Counted from the first letter of the stretch, positions 1 through 12,611 are shown. The stretch is 33,735 bases of DNA from Octopus bimaculoides (GCF_001194135.2 NC_068989.1:13090098-13123832); one strand, 5' to 3'. A program made the numbers and translations. Notes: generated by a model from the letters alone, not told the origin.

Positions 1-119
1 GGTGCATTCTATGCATTGTCAACAGTTTTCCTATTTTTCTGTCAACATTACATATTTCAGTAATTGACCAGTTAACGATATTGAAACTATAAGTCACGAC
101 TGGTATGGCTAGAGCATTG

Positions 120-205
<86 letters not shown>
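120..205. repeat. (ATT)n microsatellite
   Basis: About 28 perfect ATT units directly upstream of a SINE fragment. Confidence 0.98.
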
Positions 206-206
206 C

Positions 207-304
207 GAAGGCGGATGAGATGCTTAGTGGTATTTCGTCTGGCGCTACGTTCTGAGCTCAAGATCCGCCGAGGTCGAATTTGCATTTCATCATTTCGGGG
301 TCGA
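207..304 (+). mobile_element. tRNA-derived SINE family A, internally deleted and 3'-truncated fragment
   Basis: aaggcgg..atgcttagtggtatttcgtct..cgttctgagctcaagatccgccgaggtcgaatttgcatttcatcatttcggggtcga aligns by eye to the full copy at 18184-18418. Confidence 0.9.
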
Positions 305-413
305 ACAGCATGGAACTCTAAGAATCTAACGAAACTCATGGAGCAGAGCGATCCTTGACGATGAAAAATGAAGTTATCACAGTAACAAATGCTAGAAGAA
401 GCAGAAGAAAGTT

Positions 414-430
414 TAGTAGTAGTAGTAGTG

Positions 431-489
<59 letters not shown>
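414..489. repeat. (AGT)n microsatellite
   Basis: Near-perfect TAG/AGT run. It produces the poly-Ser in ORF 355..591. Confidence 0.97.
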
Positions 490-992
490 TCAAATGCATG
501 CTTGTCTTTTTATGATGGGATGCTAGAATTTGAAAGTAGCTTGCAGCTTAACTATCATGTTAAGTTTCCTTCGTCGATTATGCGACCGTAATGTACAGTT
601 ATATGATGAGATAGTGGAACATTATAGGAATACTTAATGTTCTTATACTGCGGTATGGCGTATAAAGGATCAGATACTCAGAGAAAATTATATGTACTGA
701 TGATGTATATAATAATAATAATAATTGCCACTTGCAATGCTGTGCTTGTGTTGGTAGGGTTTTATTCGTTGATAGTGGTGTTCTGATCTGATGTGTTGAG
801 TTTGACATATAACATGATGAAATTAGGATTCAGATGAAAAGTTTAATATATACGTATCTCCATGTTGAGAGACATTTAATATATCTATATTTCTATGTGA
901 AGACAGTAGAAGCATTAATAATGATGTGCCAGACAATGTTATTGATTTAATTATATATATTATCCGACACTGATATTCTCAAATACAAGCGT

Positions 993-1046
<54 letters not shown>

Positions 1047-1057
1047 GTATGTATATA
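993..1057. repeat. (CA)n(TA)n compound microsatellite
   Basis: Direct reading. Confidence 0.95.
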
Positions 1058-1489
1058 ATGGAATCCAAGGAGACTAGTGTTGGTTTCTGTCCAAATAGGA
1101 TTGTATGAAATATAGCTTCATAAAGAGACTAGAATTGGATAATATAGTTATCTGCAACTCTTCAAATTGTTCAGCGGATTGTAATAACAATATTAATAAA
1201 AGTTTGGTTTACTAGTGAGCAGCTGTGTATCGGAAAATGTTTTACTCTAGAGTGAGAACACACAAAACTTGATAAGTAATCGAAAGCCAGTGTAAAGTTA
1301 TTTCATAGATGTACTCTGTTCCTAAAATGCATTAAACAGTTCCATGGTATACTTAGAAATACTATTCAGAACCAGTAAAGAAAAAGATATCGCTTGTGTA
1401 TAACTTATTGTAAAAGTATGTATTATCTCAGCATAATTGCTGTATAATGAATATCATTTATTTTCGGAGCACAGGACTTGCCTATGAAA

Positions 1490-1654
1490 GGAATGGCTGT
1501 GTGGTAAGTAGCTTGCTTACCAACCCCATGGTTCCGGGTTCAGTCCTACTGCGTGGCACCTTGGGCAAGTGTCTTCTACTATAGCCTCGGGCCGACCAAA
1601 GCCTTGTCAGTGGATTTGGTAGACGAAAACTGAAAGAGGCCCGTCGTATATATG

Positions 1655-1721
<67 letters not shown>

Positions 1722-1940
1722 GAGTGTTTGTGTGTCTGTGTTTGTCCCCCCATCATCGCTTGAAAACCGATGCTGGTGTGTTTACGTCCTCGTAGCTTAG
1801 CGGTTCGGCAAAAAGAGACCGATAGAGTAAGCACTAGGCTTACAAAGAATAAGTCCTGGGGTCGATTTGCTCGACTAAAGGCGGTGTTCCAGCATGGCCG
1901 CATTCAAATAACTGAAACAAGTAAAAGAGTAAAAGAGTAA
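1490..1940 (+). mobile_element. Near full-length tRNA-derived SINE family B with internal (TA)n/(TG)n microsatellite
   Basis: Pol III A-box-like TGGCTGTGTGG and B-box-like GGTTCAGTCC; CORE-like ccttgggcaagt; internal (TA)n at about 1647-1712; 3' half tgtttgtcccc...ggttcggcaaaaagagaccga... also seen at 4500-4625 (+) and 28097-28164 (-); ends in a (TAAAAGAG)2 tail. It resembles octopus OR/OK-type SINEs, but I cannot assign the exact family. Confidence 0.92.
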
Positions 1941-2653
1941 CTCTACATATTTATGAACTGCATAAATTATAAAGGTTACCTTCATACATCCTCCTTCTAA
2001 TACGTACTTTTCGTACGTAACACAATGCAATCTTAATCGAGAATTGAAACCAGCAATGAAAATATTGTTTGTATTCCCCAGCATTCTCTTCGCAGACAGA
2101 AATACTTTTAAAACTGGAAGCTATTCGTTCAGAATAAAAATAAAGTACATTTCCGATAGGCTGTTTGGAAGTTTCAAGTATGTCTGCTAAATGAAAATCT
2201 TAGGCATCTCTAGCAGAATAGGATCGCAGAACGCCCAAGCAAAATTTCAGCTCTCTTTCTTATTAAAATTTTGGGCCGATAATTAAAGGTATCACATATA
2301 ACAGAACACCTGTAATTGGTGGTTGAACGGTATTAAGTTATTTTAAGCCTGGTAACCTAACCCGAATTCTTACAACAGTGGTGCATTAAGCACTCAAGAG
2401 CTAAGCTCACTTACCGTGGGCTTCTATACAATTTCTTAATACCAAATTTCAAACACAAGTTTATGGCCGATCGAAAGCATTATAAAAGGTAGTCAGATCG
2501 AGTCGAAATCCAACTGGTTACAAATCGAAATTTTAACAATACAATTACTCTTTCGTCTATTAGTACAGATTTCTAAACTGACGACATAGGTAATTGAAAA
2601 TATTCATGTTTTCATCGATTCTAAGCCACATAGCAGTTATAGCAAGATTTAAC

Positions 2654-2700
2654 AGAGAGAGAGAGAGAGAGAGTGAGAGAGAGGGAAAGAGAGAGAGAGA
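2654..2700. repeat. (GA)n microsatellite
   Basis: Direct reading. Confidence 0.95.
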
Positions 2701-3496
2701 CCCTAAATATACTATGTATAGTTATGGTCTGATACACAAAAATGCTAGGTGGACGCCGACTGTGTTCGAACCTACATTAGATGGTAACTTCTAGTTCCTG
2801 TGAGGCAGTGAAAACAAATTAATTCGAGAATATCTTACAATTTATAAGTGAAGATTTTGAACAATACAAGCATAATAAATATACAAACAAAATAAAATAT
2901 ATGAATAGATATGTAAGCCTAACTTTGGTGGTTAATGTAACTTCCAGATATTTGGAGTATCAACTACATAGAGACAGTACAGGTCATCGAGCAATGACAC
3001 ACACATTGTCTGAGTATTTTATAAATAAACCAAAGACAAAAAATAATGGTAACATTGAAATGGAGAATTTTTTGGGGAAAAAAAGGATCACGATTTAATC
3101 TGTAATAATCCTTTCATGACTCATTTCACGAAGCACAAATATTCATTAAAACGGTTAGATAACTTTGATTTATGTATAATTAGAGAGATGACTAGAAAAA
3201 TTACTCCCCTGAGAAATTGCGCTGTTTAATATGTAAAATTTCTCCTGCAAAAATGAAAGTTTGGAAGATATTCCCCAAAAGCATTATGAAATGAGACAAT
3301 GTAGATTTAAATTCATTTTGAAATTGTTCATAAATTTATTTTTTAATGTATATGTTCTCTCTGATTTCATTCTATTTTAAATGATATACGCTTCGAGACG
3401 TCAATATGCGAGGATGCGCATGAATGAGTTCTCGTTACATTCTCCAAGAATGCGTGAAACCTAAAACGTTTAAGAAAGGATAAAATGGGTGCTTAC

Positions 3497-3532
3497 ATTG
3501 TTTAACTCTGCCTCCGGCCATTACCAACCGAA
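3497..3532 (-). other. Candidate 36-nt spliced exon (xRLVMAGGRVKQx), unknown gene
   Basis: Minus-strand acceptor ttttcattttaattctaattcatttcag| with CTAAT branch-like site; donor aat|gtaagc; one open frame, phase 1-1. No recognised homology. Confidence 0.3.
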
Positions 3533-3991
3533 CTGAAATGAATTAGAATTAAAATGAAAATCAAACAGGGGTTAGATTGCGGTATCAGAGGAGAGGATCT
3601 TCAGATTTAATATACGATGTTTGCCGCATTAGTTCATTTGAAACGGGTAGTGGGTGGGGAAAACATTAATTCTTTTTTTTCCTCTTGGAGATTTGTTGAA
3701 AGAACGACAGATGTTGCAAATGTAGACTGTCGATTATCTAACACTGTCATGAATAATTGTTGCAATATATGGAATACTTCAGTGGGGGCGGGGTGTAATT
3801 TCATTTTCTATAGCTCTAACATGAAATATGCAGGTATATATACATAGAGACACACTAGAAAATGTATATTATATAGAGATACATAGTTATACACACATAC
3901 ATACCTTCATGACGCACAAGTGCAAACACACAAGCGCACCCCACACAAACATACATACACACTAGCACATGCAAAACACGTACATATATAC

Positions 3992-4038
<47 letters not shown>
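3992..4038. repeat. (GATA)n microsatellite
   Basis: About 11 units. Confidence 0.97.
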
Positions 4039-4140
4039 CAGAAAGAAAAACGTGGTGTCAGTCGAAGTATCTTTGAAGCTATGTGCGTGAATGGATATTA
4101 TATGAGTTTGTGTAAATGAGCGCGTATGTCTATTGAGATT

Positions 4141-4285
4141 AACTGGTAGACTTGTAAGTGCAGGCATATGGAATGCCTTTCCACATTTGTCCTGACGCTC
4201 TGCACACTGAGTTCAAATTCAGCGGAGGATAACTTTGGCTTTTGTTCTTTCAGGGTTGATAATAGCAACACCAGTCGAAGTGGGT
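4141..4285 (+). mobile_element. SINE family A, diverged copy
   Basis: ctgagttcaaattcagcggaggataactttggcttttgttctttcagggttgataa..caccagt matches the family A B-box and body. Confidence 0.8.
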
Positions 4286-4441
4286 GTATGAGCAGATTAT
4301 TTAGAGTGTCGGAGGGGATAGTCCTTGTTATATGTTATAGAATTTTGTCCTGTGGGAGACCCACAATGACAAAGCTGCCCAGCTATAAACACCTCCACTC
4401 ACCAAAGCCAGCATCCAGAAACCAGTTTCAGGGTAGGTGCT

Positions 4442-4483
<42 letters not shown>

Positions 4484-4499
4484 GTATGTATGTAAAGGT

Positions 4500-4625
4500 T
4501 TGCGTGCGTGTGTTTGTCCCCCCTCCATCGCTTGACAACCGATGTCGGCGTGTTTATATACGCCGTATGTAAGGGGTTCGGCAAAAGAGACCGATTGGGA
4601 TGAGTACCATGCTTACAAAAATAAT
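4500..4625 (+). mobile_element. SINE family B 3' half following (TA)n
   Basis: tgtttgtccccctccatcgcttgacaaccgatgtcggcgtgttta..ggttcggcaaaagagaccgat..gtaccatgcttacaaaaataa aligns to 1738-1853. Confidence 0.9.
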
Positions 4626-4699
4626 ATATATAAGCAGATAGGTAGTCAAATGCAGAGTGAGAGAGAGAGATACATAATGCATACAGAAAGATATTAAGA

Positions 4700-4762
4700 T
4701 ATACATACATACATACATACATACATACACACATACATAAATACATACATACATACATATAT
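4700..4762. repeat. (ACAT)n microsatellite
   Basis: Direct reading. Confidence 0.93.
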
Positions 4763-6874
4763 ACGAGTAACCTTTTTTCCCAGTGGCATATTTGGCATGT
4801 CGTTCTTATTTATCATTTCTTTTTCCTATTTAAGTACACTTTTCTATGCAGTTTATTTGGAATACCAACGTTCCTTCATCCATTATGAACGCTTCTAGAC
4901 TTTCGTGTTTTCATTATTAAAAAAGTCATATTGGCATGTGTCACTGTATTTTCATAGCAGGTAGATTCAAAGACATCGATGTAGCCATTACCACCGGAAT
5001 TTGAAGTTTCGGTTGTTTTTTTTTTGTACTTAAACTGGCACAACGAAGCAAGATAAAAAAAACAAAATTTGCACCACAGTATTCCGGAAGATATTGATAA
5101 TTGATCGAACGAATTACAGAAAAGAGAAAAAAAAATTGAAGCAGTATTTTTACAGTTAGAGAAAGTTCTAAATAAATTAGTGAGGAAGAAGCATATGTTT
5201 TACAATATTAACAGTGCCAGTTATGAATAATACATCGACAACTTTCTGATGACGAATTACGCACAGCAATATAAATAAATTAAGCAAATTCTTCAAAAGG
5301 AAATAACTATCTACACATACAAGATGGTAAATTCTCAACACGTCCTATCTATACTCATTGAAGACAAAATTACTCTTTTCAGCCTTTATTGCAATTTTCT
5401 CTTAAAACCAAAATATCATTTAATTTTAATATCCGAGGAAGTTTTAGAAATCGAAGCTATAAAATAACTCTAGATATAGGGAATATACCAAAAGACCTAC
5501 GTGGAAATGAATTTGATACCAATATATTCATATAAAACTATAAAACAAAATAATCAAAAAGAAACTTAAAGAATTTCTGCATGTCCACGATTTAAAATTT
5601 ACAGCAACACAATTATATGTATAAAATTAAAATTTCATGTCATAAGAAAGGTGATACTGACCAATCAAACGTAAATATGCTTCAATGACTTACAAGTGGA
5701 AACTCTTATTTTCTTCTCTTACAAATTTTTAAGAAAACGATTAAATTAAGGAACGTCTCCAAATTAGGCGTTTCGGTGACGGAAACAATATAAAACATAT
5801 TACATAATGTATACTATGAAAAATAATAAAACTACCCATGTGACTAAGTAATGTCCTGAAATAATTATGACAGTCCTGTAAAGTTGAAATATTGTGCGGC
5901 TGCCCACGGTGATGTCACACCTTATCAATAAGAAAGTATAAGTACGTAAAGCAATGAATAAGATACGAACGTCCAGTTTGATGCATTGATTCGAAACAAT
6001 TACTTCGGAGCCTCGCTCCTACGTCCGTTTTGCAATTATGGCAATCGCCTGTCGGCTTACCATCCGCTTCAAGTAGTTTTAACTACAATGCTCAAAGCAA
6101 ATTAGGAAACGATTCTAGACAACACATTTACATCGCAGAGAAATCCTCATCACAATAGACAGAGGATGATGGAACCAAGGTACATACCAATGCGCAGTGC
6201 TAGAATAAAACCGCGTCCGAGATTTGCCAGGTACAACCCAAGTTTTTCGGTTGCTAATATATAATCTGAAGTTCTAATTCCACCAATAATATTTATGCAA
6301 ATAATGCTGGATTCATCTACACATAAAACGCCAGTAATACATATCAGCTTACCTTCATCCTGAGGCTAAGTCTACGAAAGTCTAAATTCTTTGATAATAT
6401 ACATAGCAAATTTACTCTTCCAAGCAAACTCTACGAAACTGATGCGAAAATGGAGAAAAGTAAAGCTGTATTTTTACTTTACAACATATATAAAATTACG
6501 CCTACTTTTTTTTTTTTCTTGTGTATCGTGTTTTAGAAATCAAATTTCCCCAATTATTCTTTCATTCTACATAGTTATTACCATAGATTCATAATATATA
6601 TTAACCTTTCTGAAGCACTTCGATGAAAAATAACTCTGTAAGCTCAACACGATTTAGCTTGTAATATACGTATTTGCATATTACATTACGTAAGGATGTG
6701 ATTGTGTGTTTGTGTATGTCTCTTTTACGTATGCGTTTTTGTAGTTGACTCAGGGCTTGAATATATAAGAGAACTAGGTTTACAAATTCCAAGACACATA
6801 AATGCAGATCTTATGAAAAAAGCTATTAAAAGAATAAACCTAGGATTTTTACATGCATGAGTATACACAGAAAT

Positions 6875-6921
6875 GTATATGTATGTGTGTATATATGTAT
6901 GTGTACATATATTTATATATG

Positions 6922-6957
<36 letters not shown>

Positions 6958-6992
6958 CATATATATATATATATACATATACATACATACAT
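6875..6992. repeat. (TA)n/(TG)n/(CA)n compound microsatellite
   Basis: Direct reading. Confidence 0.93.
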
Positions 6993-7849
6993 GTTTACAC
7001 TGACATTCTCGTGCCCACTCGCAATCATGCAATAATACAGTCATGCATTAGGTACAACACAACTCACACCTCACCCTGACAGACTCTCAGACATATTTCG
7101 TTTACGTAAACGCATATACGTATGCTTCTGACTGTGTAAAAGAAACACAACCCCTTCAGCAAACGATAAAGAAAAGAAAGTAAGGTAGACGCCATGTATT
7201 TCTCTGTTAATCATGTGTAATGCAAGTTATAATTTCACGCTGTTTACCCAGGGTGATGAGATTTGAAATAAAATCGTCCTTTCTATAATGATTTGACCTT
7301 TTTCAATGCCACCAGCGTGGAATATCAAAAGCAGCTAGGTCTGATGACATGCATTTTTATGATGAGTACAATTCTGCCTTGCTCAGCTTCGTGCTGGCTT
7401 GCTGGCTCGCTGGTTGACCGGCTGGCTAGCTGGCTGCGATCTGGTGGGCTGGGTTATTTGCAGGCTGACGGGCTTATTGGTGGAACAGCTTGTTCACTCG
7501 TAAACAGTGAGGGTTGTTTGTTTATTAGTTTGTTTGGTTGGTTAGGTGTTTTTTTTTTATTTTTTATTGAATCGGTTTCTAGGTTTGTAACTTTGCCACT
7601 TTAGTTGACACAACGGTGAGCGAATTCGTTGACCATCTATCCTCACGTCAGCCGTAGCTTAGCATGCCTATGGTCAGAAGCATTTCAGTTTTAGTGATTC
7701 GCTCTGTTTTCAGTCATATGGGTTTCAGTATTTAATATCTCTCCTCTGAAGCTCAGTACATTCTGGCATCATAGTCAACTAGGCTGATAAGTGAAGTATT
7801 GAGCGGTACAGAAATCTAACCTTTAGTAATCGAAATTGCTTGGAAGCTC

Positions 7850-8800
7850 AACAACCCACGATTTAACTTTAGGCCGTACTAATCTCCAAAGGAAACTTAC
7901 TCTATTCCACCCACAGCTACCAAACTTTTTATTAGTACAGACGTTTTTCTATAAAACTTATAAGCTTAAGAAATTCAGATTGCTCCATCGAACTGCTTGT
8001 ACATACACCAGTGCATCTCTAATCACTATAACCAATAGTTTGAACCACTTGATAGCAGCTTTTCTATTCCATATAAATGACATCAAGCAAAAACTCCTGC
8101 TTCCCGCCAAGCTCTGCCTGTTTTACTGTGTACTTCAAGATCCTCTATATCGTAATACGAAATTCTGATGGTCGCACCCAACTTGAAAATAATTCCCAAC
8201 CTTTCTCCCCTACACAGAAGTCGCCCTTACTGTTCATTGTTCTCTCTATTCCTGTTTAATGATTACGTGAAGGAATACTTTTTATTCTAACACCACTCCC
8301 AACCCAAAGTTAACCAGTAGTTAATAGCAACAACTGTATCAACACTAGTGAACCGTTGACTTTATATTATTCGGTAGCTCCTCCTATCTCTTTTCGATTG
8401 TTGCACATCAGCTCCGATACTGGATAACCTTCACTTTATATTGACCACAACCATTTCCACATCAAAATTTCACAATCCACTACCTCCCTTTCACAACCAT
8501 GTCATCCAAAATCAGCTATCTCCTCACAAGCTCTGTGTGTTTCTGTTTTGTATGAAGACTTTGTAGTCCAGTATGTGACATTGACTTTAAGTACACCAAA
8601 CACTCTATATTCTCGTATGGGCTATGTTAACTTGCTGTCGATGTGATCTGCTGCTAAGCCATTGCCATTGATAATATATCCTTCTCCATACCTGCTATTT
8701 CCCAAGTCGCTGTACTTTCTCCCTTACATTCTATTGCGCATTTGACCTTTCCAACGACTCATATTACGCAATTTTCGTTTCTTCAATTTTCTCACAAATG
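7850..8800 (-). mobile_element. Highly degenerate RTE-like LINE reverse-transcriptase remnant
   Basis: Minus-strand FKLGATI..DIEDLEVHSKTGRAWREAGV (8092-8190) resembles the RTE motif FKYLGS(T)I..EV..R...GW..WREASGV. VIRDALVY (8003-8026) resembles VVRPAMVY. Many stops and frameshifts; boundaries approximate. Confidence 0.5.
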
Positions 8801-8942
8801 CCCTTCTATTCATACGGGAAACTAAACCACACTTGTAGATGAGATCATTGGTACACCCAACCAACAACAACGGCTATCTAGCCAGAAAAGTATCCTATCA
8901 ATGGATCAAAATAGGACCAAACTGAAGCCTCTATTTTTATTG

Positions 8943-9085
8943 ATTTCAAATTTGGTACAAGGCCGGTTATAAATATATTATATTACTCACCCTTCGATGA
9001 ACAGCACCCCAAGCTCATAAAAATGCACGACTGTGTTATTTGAAAGATGAATGGCCGATATTTCAAATAAGTTTAAGAGCATGAA
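8943..9085 (-). mobile_element. Old SINE family A copy (antisense)
   Basis: tttcaaatttggtacaaggcc matches 27907-27927; the later gcaccccaagctca and gaaagatgaatggc match the reverse-complement family A body. Confidence 0.6.
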
Positions 9086-9763
9086 ACCAATAAAAGGTAA
9101 GTTAGGAGATAGGTGGGCATGTGACATTCTAAGTTAGGGAACATTGGTTGGAAGAAATGGATGGAATAGAGTACAGCATCCGTAGAAAATGATGAGTTTA
9201 AAGAATAACAGAAGATTTATAGACGAAGATGGCGGTGGGATGCCGATAATAGGATACGCCGTTCGAATACTCTAAGCGGCAAGAGAGGAAATAAGAAAGT
9301 AATACGAACAATATAATATTTAAAGAATAAATAACAATAACGACAAAGAGTGATGTAGACGATGAGGACAACTGAAAGAGGGAAACAAACACAAGCGAGC
9401 AGAAATAGACATACACATGCACACACACACACACACACAGCATCAACAACAATAACAATAAAATCAATTACAACAACAACAAATCTGTAGTCAAAGGCAA
9501 ATGCAATGACAAACACGACAAAGAAAGCAATACAAAGCAAAATAAAACAAAAAAAAAATGGGGGGGGGGAAATCAAGAGAACGCATCAAAGAAACAAAAA
9601 GAAAAATAAGTGCATGAGAAACGGCTGAAAGCGGAAAAAGAGAAAAAAAAAAGGAAATATGCGACAAAAAAACAAACAAAAAGAAACAAGCAATGAGCAC
9701 GAAAATATATTACAATGGCAATGTGAATAGTAAAAATCAACAGCAGGTAGAAAATAATAACAG

Positions 9764-9766
9764 TAA

Positions 9767-9830
<64 letters not shown>

Positions 9831-9841
9831 CTAGAAGAAAG

Positions 9842-9879
<38 letters not shown>

Positions 9880-9880
9880 C
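9764..9880. repeat. (AGT)n...(CAT)n compound microsatellite
   Basis: Direct reading. Confidence 0.96.
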
Positions 9881-10019
9881 CTTCACTACTACCATCACTT
9901 TTACTTTCTGCTTCTTTTTTTCCTTTTCGTAAGCTTCTGTAGTAGCAGTGACATCATAGAAGAAAGGGAAGGACAACAACAATAAAAAAAATGACACACA
10001 CATATGTACATATATATAT

Positions 10020-10106
10020 NNNNNNNNNNNNNNNNNNNNNNNNNNNNNNNNNNNNNNNNNNNNNNNNNNNNNNNNNNNNNNNNNNNNNNNNNNNNNNNNN
10101 NNNNNN
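10020..10106. other. Assembly gap (87 N)
   Basis: N run between (TA)n and (GT)n. Confidence 1.
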
Positions 10107-10121
10107 GTGTGTATGTGTGTC

Positions 10122-10152
<31 letters not shown>

Positions 10153-10299
10153 ATAAACTATAACAATTATTATACGGATATACAGTAAAATAAGTGAAGA
10201 AGTAATGTGAAATATGAAAAGTATATCGATTCAAGAACAAATAAACACATAAGACACGTGTATATCAAATGTTTCTGTGAGACGTGTACTATTTTCTAA

Positions 10300-10336
10300 C
10301 GAAATACACACTCACACACACTCACATACACACTCA

Positions 10337-10376
<40 letters not shown>

Positions 10377-10380
10377 TACA

Positions 10381-10415
<35 letters not shown>

Positions 10416-10475
10416 GGATGTATATATGTAAGTATGAGAGTATGTCTGTGTGCGTATGTATGTGTGTGTGTGTAT
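10300..10475. repeat. (CA)n/(CATA)n/(TG)n compound microsatellite
   Basis: Direct reading. Confidence 0.93.
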
Positions 10476-10758
10476 ATCCAGCCATATTAACGCGTGTACC
10501 GTACATCTGGGTACGCTTTATAAAAATCAATGAGTTTTACAACAGCGTTGCGCACACACGCACACTTGTGCAATAATTCATACGCACAGATGGAATTACA
10601 CACACACACACTCATACATGTGCATATATGCAATGCATAAGCGCTTATACATATATACAAACAAAAATATGCAAGTTAGACTGTATATGTATTTCATTAT
10701 ATACAGAAAATTGTGTCTATGCGTCTGTGTTTGTCTGTGTGTATATATATATATATAT

Positions 10759-11272
10759 NNNNNNNNNNNNNNNNNNNNNNNNNNNNNNNNNNNNNNNNNN
10801 NNNNNNNNNNNNNNNNNNNNNNNNNNNNNNNNNNNNNNNNNNNNNNNNNNNNNNNNNNNNNNNNNNNNNNNNNNNNNNNNNNNNNNNNNNNNNNNNNNNN
10901 NNNNNNNNNNNNNNNNNNNNNNNNNNNNNNNNNNNNNNNNNNNNNNNNNNNNNNNNNNNNNNNNNNNNNNNNNNNNNNNNNNNNNNNNNNNNNNNNNNNN
11001 NNNNNNNNNNNNNNNNNNNNNNNNNNNNNNNNNNNNNNNNNNNNNNNNNNNNNNNNNNNNNNNNNNNNNNNNNNNNNNNNNNNNNNNNNNNNNNNNNNNN
11101 NNNNNNNNNNNNNNNNNNNNNNNNNNNNNNNNNNNNNNNNNNNNNNNNNNNNNNNNNNNNNNNNNNNNNNNNNNNNNNNNNNNNNNNNNNNNNNNNNNNN
11201 NNNNNNNNNNNNNNNNNNNNNNNNNNNNNNNNNNNNNNNNNNNNNNNNNNNNNNNNNNNNNNNNNNNNNNNN
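10759..11272. other. Assembly gap (514 N)
   Basis: N run. Confidence 1.
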
Positions 11273-11375
11273 AACACCGGCGTTTCGACGAGCTTGGGCA
11301 TATATATATATATATTTATACACACATACACACACATACAAATATATATATGTACATACATTCATACATACATGT

Positions 11376-11427
<52 letters not shown>

Positions 11428-11701
11428 ACACTGACACACGCCCGCGCGCACGCATACACAGAGTGAAACACCGACACACGTATGCATATATGCAGCAGTG
11501 TATTTATATTTCTAAATAATTTCTCTTTGGAAATTAGAATTCTTGAATAGGACTTCAACGCATACATGCACACATACATTCGAAGCATGGCTATGTGTCT
11601 TTAAACATGTGTGTGTGTGTGGCTGTGTGTATGTGCGTTTTGTGTATGTGGTTTTCTGCTGGAGTGAAAGAAAATATATTCTTATTATCATTATCCTCAT
11701 T

Positions 11702-11901
11702 AAGGCGTCAGAATTGTGAAGCGTACCGGGCAAATGCAGTATTTCATCCGTCTTTAGGTTCTGAGTTCAAATTCCGCCGAAGTCGTTTTGCCTTTCATCC
11801 CTTCACCGCCGATATATTAAGTACCAGGTACGCACTGGGGTCGGTATAATCGACTCTCCCCCTTCACCAAAATTTCAGGTCTTGTGCCTTTAGTAGAAAG
11901 G
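11702..11901 (+). mobile_element. SINE family A (tail variant ...aatttcaggtcttgtgcctttagtagaaag)
   Basis: ttctgagttcaaattccgccgaagtcg..cctttcatcc..aagtaccaggtacgcactggggtcggtataatcgact. Confidence 0.92.
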
Positions 11902-12299
11902 GTTCAAGCTAGGTGGTACAAATAAAGTACTACTTATTTGTAACAGTTTAATGAGCGGTGGTACATAATTCGCACCGAAACTGAAGATTCGTTTTGCTGC
12001 AAGGTCGGTAGCTAAGAAAAAGTACCACTTCATCTATCAACCAATCAGAAGCTAACCTTACATCTGGCAACAATTTCTGCGACAGAAACGGAATATTTTT
12101 TTTCAGTTGAATTCATTTTCTGCCAAAGGTCAGTCGACGATAAAACAAGAGTACAAATGTTTGTTATAAATTTATTTATTGAATTAAACGCAAGATTTTT
12201 ATATTTTGCTTATTAAATATATTTAGCATAATTACAGGTAAATTGTTAAAATCTGAACGTCTATATTCCGTTAAATTGGTGGTGCATTTTCAAAATCAC

Positions 12300-12509
12300 T
12301 GAGCAGCCAAATAAACAAACACGCTGGGCGAAATGCTTAACGGTATGTCGTTTGCCGCTAAGTTTTTAGTTCAAATGTCAACGGGGTCAACTTTGCCTTC
12401 ATCTTTTCGGGGTCGATTAAACAAGTACCAGTTACTCATTAAGATCTGTGAAATCGACTACCCCCTCCCCCAAATTTCAGGCTGTGTGCCTACAGTAGAA
12501 AGGATTATT
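12300..12509 (+). mobile_element. SINE family A copy
   Basis: cacgctgggcgaaatgcttaacggtatgtcg...ttcggggtcgattaaacaagtaccagtt...caaatttcaggctgtgtgcctacagtagaaaggattatt. Confidence 0.9.
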
Positions 12510-12510
12510 G

Positions 12511-12610
12511 AGGTGGTGAGCTGGCAGAATAGCTAGCATGCCGAGCGAAATGTTTGGCGGTATTTCGTCTGTCTCCACGTTCTGAGTTTAAATGCCACCG
12601 AGGTCGACTT
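12511..12610 (+). mobile_element. SINE family A 5' half, head-to-tail with the preceding copy
   Basis: aggtggtgagctggcagaatagctagcatgccgagcgaaatgtttggcggtatttcgtctg..ttctgagtttaaatgccaccgaggtcgactt. Confidence 0.92.
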
Positions 12611-12611
12611 A

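Noticed and set aside
1199-1219. KVWFTSE resembling the Tc1/mariner first-Asp motif
   Set aside because: The catalytic Asp is absent, and there are no further DDE motifs or TIRs.
3205-3244. Minus-strand exon candidate (ctttcatttttgcag| GEILHIKQRNFSG |gtaatt)
   Set aside because: The donor is weak, and splicing from 3497-3532 would create an immediate T|GA stop. No homology.
6353-6381. Minus-strand 29-nt exon candidate with a gtaagc donor
   Set aside because: The acceptor has a poor pyrimidine tract, and its phase does not chain with the 13.7 kb candidate.
7602-7781. 8-bp inverted termini tagttgac/gtcaacta (possible MITE)
   Set aside because: Too short to exceed chance, and there is no TSD.
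10618-11519. Long ORFs of 214-282 aa (likewise those at 15.7-16.3, 19.1-19.7, 22.9-23.3, 28.0-28.8 and 32.1-33.3 kb)
   Set aside because: They are open only because they run through N-gaps and dinucleotide repeats (YIYI, HTHT, CVCV).
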